DNA from: Eledone cirrhosa
Lineage: Eukaryota
NCBI GenBank assembly: GCA_964016885.1
Contig: OZ024743.1
Location: 131,006,001-131,070,000 of the forward strand
DNA: 64,000 bases
Reading direction: 5' to 3'
Made by a program: the position numbers and the translations under genes. A model generated the notes under the pieces. That model was not told where the DNA came from. It saw only the letters and a program-made list of their open reading frames with translations, and did no database searches. Shown here in pieces: positions 49,681-62,000 of the stretch; position 1 is the first letter of the stretch, and each line of letters begins with the position of its first letter.

Positions 49681-52600
49681 TGCTTGGTGCTTGGTGTTTG
49701 GTGCTTGGTGCTTAGTGTTTGGTGCTAGGTGCTTGGGGTTTGGTGTTTGGTGCTTGGTGCTTGGTGTTTGGTGCTTGGTGCTTGGTGTTTGGTGCTTGGT
49801 GATTAGTATTTGGTGCTTGGTACTTGGTGCTTGGTGTTTGGTGTTTCCTGTTTGCTGTTTGGTGTTTGGTGTTTGGTGTTTGCTGTTTGGTGTCTGCTTT
49901 TTGGTGTTTGGTGTTTGATGTATGTTATTTGCTGTTTGGTGTTTGGTGTTTGGTGTTTGGTGCTTGGTGCTTGGTGTTTGGTGCCTGGTGCTTGGGGCTT
50001 GGTGTTTGGTGTTTGGTGCTTGGTGCTTGGTGTTTGGTGCCTGGTGCTTGGGGCTTGGTGTTTGGTGTTTGGTGCTTGGTGCTTGGAGTTTGGTGTTTGG
50101 TGCTTGGTGCTTGGTGTTTTGTGTTTGGTGTTTGGTTTTTGGTGCTTGGTGCTTGGTGCTTGGTGCTTGGTCCTTGGTGTTTGGTGCTTGGTGCTTGGTG
50201 TTTGTACTTGGTGCTTGGTGCTTGGTGTTTGGTTCTTGGTTCCTTGTGTTTGGTACTTGGTGCTTGGTGCTTGGTGTTTGGTGCTTGGTGCTTGGTGTTT
50301 GGTGTTTGGTGTTTGGTGCTTGGTGCTTGGTGTTTGGTGCTTGGTGCTTGGTGCTGGGTGGTTGGTATTTGGTGCTTGGTGCTTGGTGTTTGGTGCTTGG
50401 TGCTTGGTGCTTGGTGTTTGGTGCTTCGTGCTTGGTGCTTGGTCTTTGGTGCTTGGTGTTTGGTGTTTGGTGCTTGGTGCTTTGTGTTTGGTGCTTGGTG
50501 ATTAGTGTTTGGTGCTTGGTACTTGGTGTTTGGTGCTTGGTGTTTGGTGTTTGCTGTTTGGTGTTTGGTGTTTGGTGTTTGCTGTTTGGTGTCTGCTTTT
50601 TGGTGTTTGGTGTTTGCTGTATGGTGTTTGCTGTTTCGTGTTTGGTGTTTGCTGTTTGGTGTTTGGTGTTTGCTGTTTGGTGTTTGGTCTTTGGTGCTTG
50701 GTGTTTGGTGCTTGGTGCTTGGTGTTTGGTGTTTGGTGCTTGGTGTTTGGTGTTTGGTGCTTCGTGCTTGGTGCTTGGTGTTTGGTGCTTGGTGTCTGGT
50801 GCTTGGTGTCTGGTGCTTGGTGTTTGGTGTTTGGTGTTTGGTGCTTGGTGTTTGGTGTTTGGTGCTTGTTGCTTGGTGTTTGGTGCTTGGTGTTTGGTGC
50901 TTGGTGCTTGGTGTTTGGTGCTGGGTGCTTGGTGTTTGGTGTTTGGTGCTTGGTGCTTGGTGTTTGGTGTTTGGTGTTATATGCTTGGTGTTTGGTGCTT
51001 GGTGCTTGGTGTTTGGTGTTTGGTTCTTGATGCTTGGTATTTGGTGCTTGGTGATTGCTGCTTGGTGTTTGGTGCTTGGTGATTGATGCTTGGTGTTTGG
51101 TGCTTGGTGCTTGGTGTTTGGTGCTTGGTGTTTGGTGTTTGGTGCTTGGTGCTTGGTGTTTGGTACTTGGTGCTTGGTGCTTGGTGTTTGGTGCTTGGTG
51201 CTTGGTGTTTGGTGTTTGGTGTTTGGTGCTTGGTGCTTGGTGTTTGGAGCTTGGTGCTGGGTGGTTGGTGTTTGGTGCTTGGTGCTTGGTGTTCCGTGCT
51301 AGGTGCATGGTGCTTGGTGTTTGGTGCTTGGTGCTTGGTGCTTGGTCTTTGGTGTTTGGTGTTTAGTGCTTGGTGCTTGGTGCTTGGTGCTTGGTGCTTG
51401 GTGCTTGGTCCTTGGTGTTTGGTGCTTGGTTCTTGGTGTTTGGTGTTTGGTGCTTGGTGCTTGGTGCTTCGTGTTTGGTGTTTGGTGCTTGGTGTCTGGA
51501 GCTTGGTGTTTGGTGTTTGGTGCTTGGTGTTTGGTGTTTGGTGCTTGGTGCTTGGTGTTTGGTGCTTGGTGCTTGGTGTTTGTACTTGGTGCTTGGTGCT
51601 TGGTGTTTGGTGCTTGGTTCTTGGTGTTTGGTGCTTGGTGTTTGGAGCTTGGTGCTTGGTGTTTGGTGCTTGGTGCTTGGTGTTTGTACTTGGTGCTTGG
51701 TGCTTGGTGTTTGGTGCTTGGTTCTTGGTGTTTGGTGCTTGGTGTTTGGAGCTTGGTGCTTGGTGTTTGGTGCTTGGTGCTTGGTGTTTGGTGTTTGGTG
51801 CTTGGAGCTTGGTGTTTGGTGTTTGGTGCTTGGTGTTTGGTTTTTGGTGTTTGGTGCTTTGTGTTTGGTGCTTGGTGCTTGGTGTTTGGTGTTTGGTGTT
51901 TGGTGCTTGGTGCTTGGTGTTTGGTACTTGGTGCTTGGTGCTTGGTGTTTGGTGCTTGGTGCTTGGTGTTTGGTGTTTAGTGCTTGGTGCTTGGTGCTTG
52001 GTGTTTGGTGCTTGGTGTCTGGTGCTTGGTGTCTGGTGCTTGGTGTTTGGTGTTTGGTGTTTGGTGCTTGGTGTTTGGTGTTTGGTGTTTGGTGTTTGGT
52101 GCTTGTTGCTTGGTGCTTGGTGCTTGGTGTTTGGTGCTTGGTGCTTGGTGTTTGGTGCTGGGTGCTTGGTGTTTGGTGCTTGGTACTTGGTGTTTGGTGT
52201 TTGGTGTTTGGTGCTTGGTGCTTGGTGTTTGGTGTTTGGTGTTATATGCTTGGTGTTTGGTGCTTGGTGCTTGGTGTTTGGTGCTTGGTGCTTGCTGCTT
52301 GGTGTTTGGTGCTTGGTGATTGATGCTTGGTGTTTGGTGCTTGGTGCTTGGTGTTTGGTTTTTGGTGCTAGGTGCTTGGTGCTTGGTGTTTGGTGCTTGG
52401 TGTTTGGTGTTTGGTGCTTGGTGCTTGGTGTTTGGTACTTGGTGCTTGGTGCTTGGTGTTTGGTGCTTGGTGCTTGGTGTTTGGTGTTTGGTGTTTGGTG
52501 CTTGGTGCTTGGTGTTTGGTGCTTGGTGCTTGGTGCTGGGTGGTTGGTGTTTGGTGCTTGGTGCTTGGTGTTTCGTGCTAGGTGCATGGTGCTTGGTGTT

Positions 52601-55600
52601 TGGTGCTTGGTGCTTGGTGCTTGGTCTTTGGTGTTTGGTGTTTAGTGCTTGGTGCTTGGTCCTTGGTGCTTGGTGCTTGGTCCTTGGTGTTTGGTGCTTG
52701 GTGCTTGGTGTTTGGTGTTTGGTGCTTGGTGCTTGGTGCTTCGTGTTTGGTGTTTGGTGCTTGGTGTCTGGAGCTTGGTGTTTGGTGTTTGGTGCTTGGT
52801 GTTTGGTGTTTGGTGCTTGGTGCTTGGTGTTTGGTGCTTGGTGCTTGGTGTTTGTACTTGGTGCTTGGTGCTTGGTGTTTGGTGCTTGGTTCATGGTGTT
52901 TGGTGCTTGGTGTTTGGAGCTTGGTGCTTGGTGTTTGGTGCTTGGTGCTTGGTGTTTGTACTTGGTGCTTGGTATTTGGTGCTTGGTGCTTGCTGCTTGG
53001 TGTTTGGTGCTTGGTGATTGATGCTTGGTGTTTGGTGCTTGGTGCTTGGTGTTTGGTTTTTGGTGCTAGGTGCTTGGTGCTTGGTGTTTGGTGCTTGGTG
53101 TTTGGTGTTTGGTGCTTGGTGCTTGGTGTTTGGTACTTGGTGCTTGGTGCTTGGTGTTTGGTGCTTGGTGCTTGGTGTTTGGTGTTTGGTGTTTGGTGCT
53201 TGGTGCTTGGTGTTTGGTGCTTGGTGCTTGGTGCTGGGTGGTTGGTGTTTGGTGCTTGGTGCTTGGTGTTTCGTGCTAGGTGCATGGTGCTTGGTGTTTG
53301 GTGCTTGGTGCTTGCTGCTTGGTCTTTGGTGTTTGGTGTTTAGTGCTTGGTGCTTGGTGCTTGGTGCTTGGTCCTTGGTTTTTGGTGCTTGGTGCTTGGT
53401 GTTTGGTGTTTGGTGCTTGGTGCTTGGTGCTTCGTGTTTGGTGTTTGGTGCTTGGTGTCTGGAGCTTGGTGTTTGGTGTTTGGTGCTTGGTGTTTGGTGT
53501 TTGGTGCTTGTTGCTTGGTGTTTGGTGCTTGGTGCTTGGTTGGTGTTTGTACTTGGTGCTTGGTGCTTGGTGTTTGGTGCTTGGTTCTTGGTGTTTGGTG
53601 CTTGGTGTTTGGAGCTTGGTGCTTGGTGTTTGGTGCTTGGTGCTTGGTGTTTGTACTTGGTGCTTGGTGCTTGGTGTTTGGTGCTTGGTGCTTGGTGTTT
53701 GGTGTTTGGTGCTTGGTGCTTGGTGTTTGGTGTTTGGTGCTTGGTGTTTGGTGTTTGGTGCTTGGTGCTTGGTGTTTGTTGCTTGGTACTTGGTGCATGG
53801 TGTTTGGTGCTGGGTGCTTGGTGTTTGGTGCTTGGTGTTTGGTGCTTGGTGCTTGGTGTTTGGTGTTTGGTGTTTGATGCTTGGTGTTTTATGCTTGGTG
53901 CTTGGTGTTTGGTGCTTGGTGTTTGTAATTGGTGCTTGGTGCTTGGTGTTTTGTGCTTGGTTCTTGGTGTTTGGTGTTTGGTGCTTGGTACTTGGTGCTT
54001 GGTGTTAGGTGTTTGGTGCTTGGTGCTTGGTGTTTGGTGTTCGGTCCTTGGTGCTTGGTGCTTGGTGTTTAGTGCTTGGTGCTTGGTGTTTGTTGTTTGG
54101 TGCTTTCTGTTTGCTGCTTGGTGTTTGCTGCTTGGTGCTTGGTGCTTGGTGTTTGGTGTTTGGTGCTAGGTGCTTGGTGTTTGGTGTTTGGTGTTTGATG
54201 CTTGGTGTTTGGTGCTTGGTGTTTGGTGCTTGGTGCTTGGGGCTTGGTGTTTGGTGCTTGGTGCTTGGTGCTTGGTGTTTGGTGCTTGGTGCTTGGTGTT
54301 TGGTGTTTGGTGTTTGGTGCTTGGTGCTTGGTGTTTGGTGCTTGGTGCTTGGTGCTGGGTGGTTGGTATTTGGTGATTGGTGCTTGGTGCTTGGTGTTTG
54401 GTGCTTGGTGCTTGGTGCTTGGTCTTTGGTGCTTGGTGTTTGGTGTTTGGTGCTTGGTGCTTTGTGTTTGGTGCTTGGTGATTAGTATTTGGTGCTTGGT
54501 ACTTGGTGTTTGGTGCTTGGTGTTTGGTGATTGCTGTTTGGTGTTTGGTGTTTGGTGTTTGCTGTTTGGTGTCTGCTTTTTGGTGTTTGGTGTTTGCTGT
54601 ATGGTGTTTGCTGTTTCGTGTTTGGTGTTTGCTGTTTGGTGTTTGGTGTTTGCTGTTTGGTGTTTGGTCTTTGGTGCTTGGTGTTTGGTGCTTGGTGCTT
54701 GGTGTTTGGTGTTTGGTGCTTGGTGCTTGGTGCTTGGTGTTTGGTGCTTGGTGTCTGGTGCTTGGTGTCTGGTGCTTGGTGTTTGGTGTTTGGTGTTTGG
54801 TGCTTGGTGTTTGGTGTTTGGTGTTTGGTGTTTGGTGCTTGTTGCTTGGTGCTTGGTGCTTGGTGTTTGGTGCTTGGTGCTTGGTGTTTGGTGCTGGGTG
54901 CTTGGTGTTTGGTGCTTGGTGCTTGGTGCTTGGTGTTTGGTGTTTGGTGTTATATGCTTGGTGTTTGATGCTTGGTGCTTGGTGCTTGTTGTTTGGTGTT
55001 TGGTGCTTGGTGTTTTATGCTTGGTGTTTGATGTTTGGTGCTTGGTGCTTGGTGTTTGGTGCTTGGTGCTTGGTGTTTGTACTTGGTGCTTGGTGCTTGG
55101 TTCTTGGTGTTTGGTGCTTGGTGCTTGGTGCTTGGTGCTTGGTGTTTGGTGCTTGGTGTTTGGTGCTTGGTGTTTGGTGCTTGGTGCCTGGTGCTTGGTG
55201 CTTGGTGCTTGGTGTTTGGTGCTTGGTGTTTGCTGCTTGGTATTAGGTGTTTGGTGCTTGGTGCTTGGTGTTTGGTGTTTGGTGCTTGGTGTTTGGTGCT
55301 TGGTGTTTGGTGTTTGGTGCTTGGTGTTTGGTGCTTGGTACTTGGTGCTTGGTGCTTGGTGTTAGGTGTTTGGTGCTTGGTGCTTGGTGTTTGGTCGTTG
55401 GTGCTTCGTGCTTGGTGTTTGGTGTTTGGTGCTTGTTGCTGGCTGCTTGGTGTTTGGTGCTTGGTGATTGGTGCTTGGTGTTTGGTGCTTGGTGTTTGGT
55501 GTTTGGTACTAGGTGCTTGGTGCTTGGTGTTTGGTGCTTGGTGCTTGGTGTTTGGTGCTTGGTGCTTGGTGTTTGGTGCTTGGTGCTGGGTTCTGGGTGG

Positions 55601-58600
55601 TTGGTGTTTGGTGCTTGGTGTTTGGTGCTGGGTGCTTGGTGTTTGGTGCTTGGTGCTTGGTCTTTGGTGTTTGGTGTTTGGTGTTTGGGGCTTGGTGCTT
55701 GGTGCTTGGTGTTTGGTGCTTGGTGCTTGGTGTTTGGTGCTTGGTGCTTAGTGTTTGGTGCTAGGTGCTTGGGGTTTGGTGTTTGGTGCTTGGTGCTTGG
55801 TGTTTGGTGCTTGGTGCTTGGTGTTTGGTGTTTGGTGCTTGGTGCTTGGTGTTTGGTGTTTCCTGTTTGCTGTTTGGTGTTTGGTGTTTGGTGTTTGCTG
55901 TTTGGTGTCTGCTTTTTGGTGTTTGGTGTTTGATGTATGTTATTTGCTGTTTGGTGTTTGGTGTTTGGTGTTTGGTGCTTGGTGCTTGGTGTTTGGTGCC
56001 TGGTGCTTGGGGCTTGGTGTTTGGTGTTTGGTGCTTGGTGCTTGGAGTTTGGTGTTTGGTGCTTGGTGCTTGGTGTTTTGTGTTTGGTGTTTGGTTTTTG
56101 GTGCTTGGTGCTTGGTGCTTGGTGCTTGGTCCTTGGTGTTTGGTGCTTGGTGCTTGGTGTTTGTACTTGGTGCTTGGTGCTTGGTGTTTGGTTCTTGGTT
56201 CCTTGTGTTTGGTACTTGGTGCTTGGTGCTTGGTGTTTGGTGCTTGGTGCTTGGTGTTTGGTGTTTGGTGTTTGGTGCTTGGTGCTTGGTGTTTGGTGCT
56301 TGGTGCTTGGTGCTGGGTGGTTGGTATTTGGTGCTTGGTGCTTGGTGTTTGGTGCTTGGTGCTTGGTGCTTGGTGTTTGGTGCTTCGTGCTTGGTGCTTG
56401 GTCTTTGGTGCTTGGTGTTTGGTGTTTGGTGCTTGGTGCTTTGTGTTTGGTGCTTGGTGATTAGTGTTTGGTGCTTGGTACTTGGTGTTTGGTGCTTGGT
56501 GTTTGGTGTTTGCTGTTTGGTGTTTGGTGTTTGGTGTTTGCTGTTTGGTGTCTGCTTTTTGGTGTTTGGTGTTTGCTGTATGGTGTTTGCTGTTTCGTGT
56601 TTGGTGTTTGCTGTTTGGTGTTTGGTGTTTGCTGTTTGGTGTTTGGTCTTTGGTGCTTGGTGTTTGGTGCTTGGTGCTTGGTGTTTGGTGTTTGGTGCTT
56701 GGTGTTTGGTGTTTGGTGCTTCGTGCTTGGTGCTTGGTGTTTGGTGCTTGGTGTCTGGTGCTTGGTGTCTGGTGCTTGGTGTTTGGTGTTTGGTGTTTGG
56801 TGCTTGGTGTTTGGTGTTTGGTGCTTGTTGCTTGGTGTTTGGTGCTTGGTGTTTGGTGCTTGGTGCTTGGTGTTTGGTGCTGGGTGCTTGGTGTTTGGTG
56901 TTTGGTGCTTGGTGCTTGGTGTTTGGTGTTTGGTGTTATATGCTTGGTGTTTGGTGCTTGGTGCTTGGTGTTTGGTGTTTGGTTCTTGATGCTTGGTATT
57001 TGGTGCTTGGTGATTGCTGCTTGGTGTTTGGTGCTTGGTGATTGATGCTTGGTGTTTGGTGCTTGGTGCTTGGTGTTTGGTGCTTGGTGTTTGGTGTTTG
57101 GTGCTTGGTGTCTGGTGCTTGGTGTCTGGTGCTTGGTGTTTGGTGTTTGGTGTTTGGTGCTTGGTGTTTGGTGTTTGGTGCTTGTTGCTTGGTGTTTGGT
57201 GCTTGGTGTTTGGTGCTTGGTGCTTGGTGTTTGGTACTTGGTGCTTGGTGCTTGGTGTTTGGTGCTTGGTGCTTGGTGTTTGGTGTTTGGTGTTTGGTGC
57301 TTGGTGCTTGGTGTTTGGTGCTTGGTGCTGGGTGGTTGGTGTTTGGTGCTTGGTGCTTGGTGTTCCGTGCTAGGTGCATGGTGCTTGGTGTTTGGTGCTT
57401 GGTGCTTGGTGCTTGGTCTTTGGTGTTTGGTGTTTAGTGCTTGGTGCTTGGTGCTTGGTGCTTGGTGCTTGGTGCTTGGTCCTTGGTGTTTGGTGCTTGG
57501 TTCTTGGTGTTTGGTGTTTGGTGCTTGGTGCTTGGTGCTTCGTGTTTGGTGTTTGGTGCTTGGTGTCTGGAGCTTGGTGTTTGGTGTTTGGTGCTTGGTG
57601 TTTGGTGTTTGGTGCTTGGTGCTTGGTGTTTGGTGCTTGGTGCTTGGTGTTTGTACTTGGTGCTTGGTGCTTGGTGTTTGGTGCTTGGTTCTTGGTGTTT
57701 GGTGCTTGGTGTTTGGAGCTTGGTGCTTGGTGTTTGGTGCTTGGTGCTTGGTGTTTGTACTTGGTGCTTGGTGCTTGGTGTTTGGTGCTTGGTTCTTGGT
57801 GTTTGGTGCTTGGTGTTTGGAGCTTGGTGCTTGGTGTTTGGTGCTTGGTGCTTGGTGTTTGGTGTTTGGTGCTTGGAGCTTGGTGTTTGGTGTTTGGTGC
57901 TTGGTGTTTGGTTTTTGGTGTTTGGTGCTTTGTGTTTGGTGCTTGGTGCTTGGTGTTTGGTGTTTGGTGTTTGGTGCTTGGTGCTTGGTGTTTGGTACTT
58001 GGTGCTTGGTGCTTGGTGTTTGGTGCTTGGTGCTTGGTGTTTGGTGTTTAGTGCTTGGTGCTTGGTGCTTGGTGTTTGGTGCTTGGTGTCTGGTGCTTGG
58101 TGTCTGGTGCTTGGTGTTTGGTGTTTGGTGTTTGGTGCTTGGTGTTTGGTGTTTGGTGTTTGGTGTTTGGTGCTTGTTGCTTGGTGCTTGGTGCTTGGTG
58201 TTTGGTGCTTGGTGCTTGGTGTTTGGTGCTGGGTGCTTGGTGTTTGGTGCTTGGTACTTGGTGTTTGGTGTTTGGTGTTTGGTGCTTGGTGCTTGGTGTT
58301 TGGTGTTTGGTGTTATATGCTTGGTGTTTGGTGCTTGGTGCTTGGTGTTTGGTGTTTGGTTCTTGATGCTTGGTATTTGGTGCTTGGTGCTTGCTGCTTG
58401 GTGTTTGGTGCTTGGTGATTGATGCTTGGTGTTTGGTGCTTGGTGCTTGGTGTTTGGTTTTTGGTGCTAGGTGCTTGGTGCTTGGTGTTTGGTGCTTGGT
58501 GTTTGGTGTTTGGTGCTTGGTGCTTGGTGTTTGGTACTTGGTGCTTGGTGCTTGGTGTTTGGTGCTTGGTGCTTGGTGTTTGGTGTTTGGTGTTTGGTGC

Positions 58601-59060
58601 TTGGTGCTTGGTGTTTGGTGCTTGGTGCTTGGTGCTGGGTGGTTGGTGTTTGGTGCTTGGTGCTTGGTGTTTCGTGCTAGGTGCATGGTGCTTGGTGTTT
58701 GGTGCTTGGTGCTTGGTGCTTGGTCTTTGGTGTTTGGTGTTTAGTGCTTGGTGCTTGGTCCTTGGTGCTTGGTGCTTGGTCCTTGGTGTTTGGTGCTTGG
58801 TGCTTGGTGTTTGGTGTTTGGTGCTTGGTGCTTGGTGCTTCGTGTTTGGTGTTTGGTGCTTGGTGTCTGGAGCTTGGTGTTTGGTGTTTGGTGCTTGGTG
58901 TTTGGTGTTTGGTGCTTGGTGCTTGGTGTTTGGTGCTTGGTGCTTGGTGTTTGTACTTGGTGCTTGGTGCTTGGTGTTTGGTGCTTGGTTCATGGTGTTT
59001 GGTGCTTGGTGTTTGGAGCTTGGTGCTTGGTGTTTGGTGCTTGGTGCTTGGTGTTTGTAC
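47060..59060. repeat. Tandem duplication of a ~6.0-kb unit with whole-unit indels
   Basis: Offsets step 6036 (48134/54170), 6015 (49918/55933), 5959 (50505/56464), 6071 (51303/57374), 6099 (52372/58471). Shared markers GATTAGTATT (~48444, ~54480), TTGGTGA-TTGCTGT and TTGGTTC-ATGGTGT (~52890, ~58990). Confidence 0.88.
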
Positions 59061-62000
59061 TTGGTGCTTGGTGCTTGGTGTTTGGTGCTTGGTTCTTGGT
59101 GTTTGGTGCTTGGTGTTTGGAGCTTGGTGCTTGGTGTTTGGTGCTTGGTGCTTGGTGTTTGGTGTTTGGTGCTTGGTGCTTGGTGTTTGGTGTTTGGTGC
59201 TTGGTGTTTGGTGTTTGGTGCTTGGTGCTTGGTGTTTGTTGCTTGGTACTTGGTGCATGGTGTTTGGTGCTGGGTGCTTGGTGTTTGGTCCTTGGTGTTT
59301 GGTGCTTGGTGCTTGGTGTTTGGTGTTTGGTGTTTGATGCTTGGTGTTTTATGCTTGGTGCTTCGTGTTTGGTGCTTGGTGTTTGTACTTGGTGCTTGGT
59401 GCTTGGTGTTTTGTGCTTGGTTCTTGGTGTTTGGTGTTTGGTGCTTGGTACTTGGTGCTTGGTGTTAGGTGTTTGGTGCTTGGTGCTTGGTGTTTGGTGT
59501 TTGGTCCTTGGTGCTTGGTGCTTGGTGTTTAGTGCTTGGTGCTTGGTGTTTGTTGTTTGGTGCTTTCTGTTTGCTGCTTGGTGTTTGCTGCTTGGTGCTT
59601 GGTGCTTGGTGTTTGGTGTTTGGTGCTAGGTGCTTGGTGTTTGGTGTTTGGTGTTTGATGCTTGGTGTTTGATGCTTGGTGTTTGGTGCTTGGTGCTTGG
59701 GGCTTGGTGTTTGGTGCTTGGTGCTTGGTGCTTGGTGTTTGGTGCTTGGTGCTTGGTGTTTGGTGTTTGGTGTTTGGTGCTTGGTGCTTGGTGTTTGGTG
59801 CTTGGTGCTTGGTGCTGGGTGGTTGGTATTTGGTGATTGGTGCTTGGTGCTTGGTGTTTGGTGCTTGGTGCTTGGTGCTTGGTCTTTGGTGCTTGGTGTT
59901 TGGTGTTTGGTGCTTGGTGCTTTGTGTTTAGTGCTTGGTGATTAGTGTTTGGTGCTTGGTACTTGGTGTTTGGTGCTTGGTGTTTGGTGTTTGCTGTTTG
60001 GTGTTTGGTGTTTGGTGTTTGCTGTTTGGTGTCTGCTTTTTGGTGTTTGGTGTTTGCTGTATGGTGTTTGCTGTTTCGTGTTTGGTGTTTGCTGTTTGGT
60101 GTTTGGTGTTTGCTGTTTGGTGTTTGGTCTTTGGTGCTTGGTGTTTGGTGCTTGGTGCTTGGTGTTTGGTGTTTGGTGCTTGGTGCTTGGTGCTTGGTGT
60201 TTGGTGCTTGGTGTCTGGTGCTTGGTGTCTGGTGCTTGGTGTTTGGTGTTTGGTGTTTGGTGCTTGGTGTTTGGTGTTTGGTGTTTGGTGTTTGGTGCTT
60301 GTTGCTTGGTGCTTGGTGCTTGGTGTTTGGTGCTTGGTGCTTGGTGTTTGGTGCTGGGTGCTTGGTGTTTGGTGCTTGGTGCTTGGGGCTTGGTGTTTGG
60401 TGTTTGGTGTTATATGCTTGGTGTTTGATGCTTGGTGCTTGGTGCTTGGTGTTTGGTGTTTGGTGCTTGGTGTTTTATGCTTGGTGTTTGATGTTTGGTG
60501 CTTGGTGCTTGGTGTTTGGTGCTTGGTGCTTGGTGTTTGTACTTGGTGCTTGGTGCTTGGTTCTTGGTGTTTGGTGCTTGGTGCTTGGTGCTTGGTGCTT
60601 GGTGTTTGGTGCTTGGTGTTTGGTGCTTGGTGTTTGGTGCTTGGTGCCTGGTGCTTGGTGTTTGGTGCTTGGTGTTTGCTGCTTGGTATTAGGTGTTTGG
60701 TGCTTGGTGCTTGGTGTTTGGTGTTTGGTGCTTGGTGTTTGGTGCTTGGTGTTTGGTGTTTGGTGCTTGGTGTTTGGTGCTTGGTACTTGGTGCTTGGTG
60801 CTTGGTGTTAGGTGTTTGGTGCTTGGTGCTTGGTGTTTGGCTTTTGGTGCTTGGTGCTTGGTGTTTGGTGTTTGGTGCTTGCTGCTGGCTGCTTGGTGTT
60901 TGGTGCTTGGTGATTGGTGCTTGGTGTTTGGTGCTTGGTGTTTGGTGTTTGGTACTAGGTGCTTGGTGCTTGGTGTTTGGTGCTTGGTGCTTGGTGTTTG
61001 GTGCTTGGTGCTGGGTTCTGGGTGGTTGGTGTTTGGTGCTTGGTGTTTGGTGCTGGGTGCTTGGTGTTTGGTGCATGGTGCTTGGTCTTTGGTGTTTGGT
61101 GTTTGGTGTTTGGGGCTTGGTGCTTGGTGCTTGGTGTTTGGTGCTTGGTGCTTGGTGTTTGGTGCTTGGTGCTTAGTGTTTGGTGCTAGGTGCTTGGGGT
61201 TTGGTGTTTGGTGCTTGGTGCTTGGTGTTTGGTGCTTGGTGCTTGGTGTTTGGTGTTTGGTGCTTGGTGCTTGGTGTTTGGTGTTTCCTGTTTGCTGTTT
61301 GGTGTTTGGTGTTTGGTGTTTGCTGTTTGGTGTCTGCTTTTTGGTGTTTGGTGTTTGCTGTATGTTATTTGCTGTTTGGTGTTTGGTGTTTGGTGTTTAG
61401 TGCTTGGTGCTTGGTGTTTGGTGCTTGGTGCTTGGTGTTTGGTGCCTGGTGCTTGGGGCTTGGTGTTTGGTGTTTGGTGCTTAGTGCTTGGAGTTTTGTG
61501 TTTGGTGTTTGGTTTTTGGTGCTTGGTGCTTGGTGCTTGGTGCTTGGTCCTTGGTGTTTGGTGCTTGGTGCTTGGTGTTTGTACTTGGTGCTTGGTGCTT
61601 GGTGTTTGGTTCTTGGTTCTTGGTGTTTGGTACTTGGTGCTTGGTGCTTGGTGTTTGGTGCTTGGTGCTTGGTGTTTGGTGTTTGGTGTTTGGTGCTTGG
61701 TGCTTGGTGTTTGGTGCTTGGTGCTTGGTGCTGGGTGGTTGGTATTTGGTGCTTGGTGCTTGGTGTTTGGTGCTTGGTGCTTGGTGCTTGGTGTTTGGTG
61801 CTTGGTGCTTGGACTTTGGTGCTTGGTGTTTGGTGTTTGGTGCTTGGTGCTTTGTGTTTGGTGCTTGGTGATTAGTGTTTGGTGCTTGGTACTTGGTGTT
61901 TGGTGCTTGGTGTTTGGTGTTTGCTGTTTGGTGTTTGGTGTTTGGTGTTTGCTGTTTGGTGTCTGCTTTTTGGTGTTTGGTGTTTGCTGTATGGTGTTTG

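Noticed and set aside
53537-53540. Unique 4-bp unit TTGG (3-bp deletion)
   Set aside because: Single private event, absent from the sister copy at ~47.5 kb; cannot be told apart from a consensus error.
7080-59060. Several duplication offsets are multiples of 3 (588, 2754, 3852, 4767, 6036, 7746), hinting at frame preservation
   Set aside because: Others are not (620, 1942, 2551, 2635), and only 10 of 26 successive GTGATTAGT landmark spacings are multiples of 3, close to chance.
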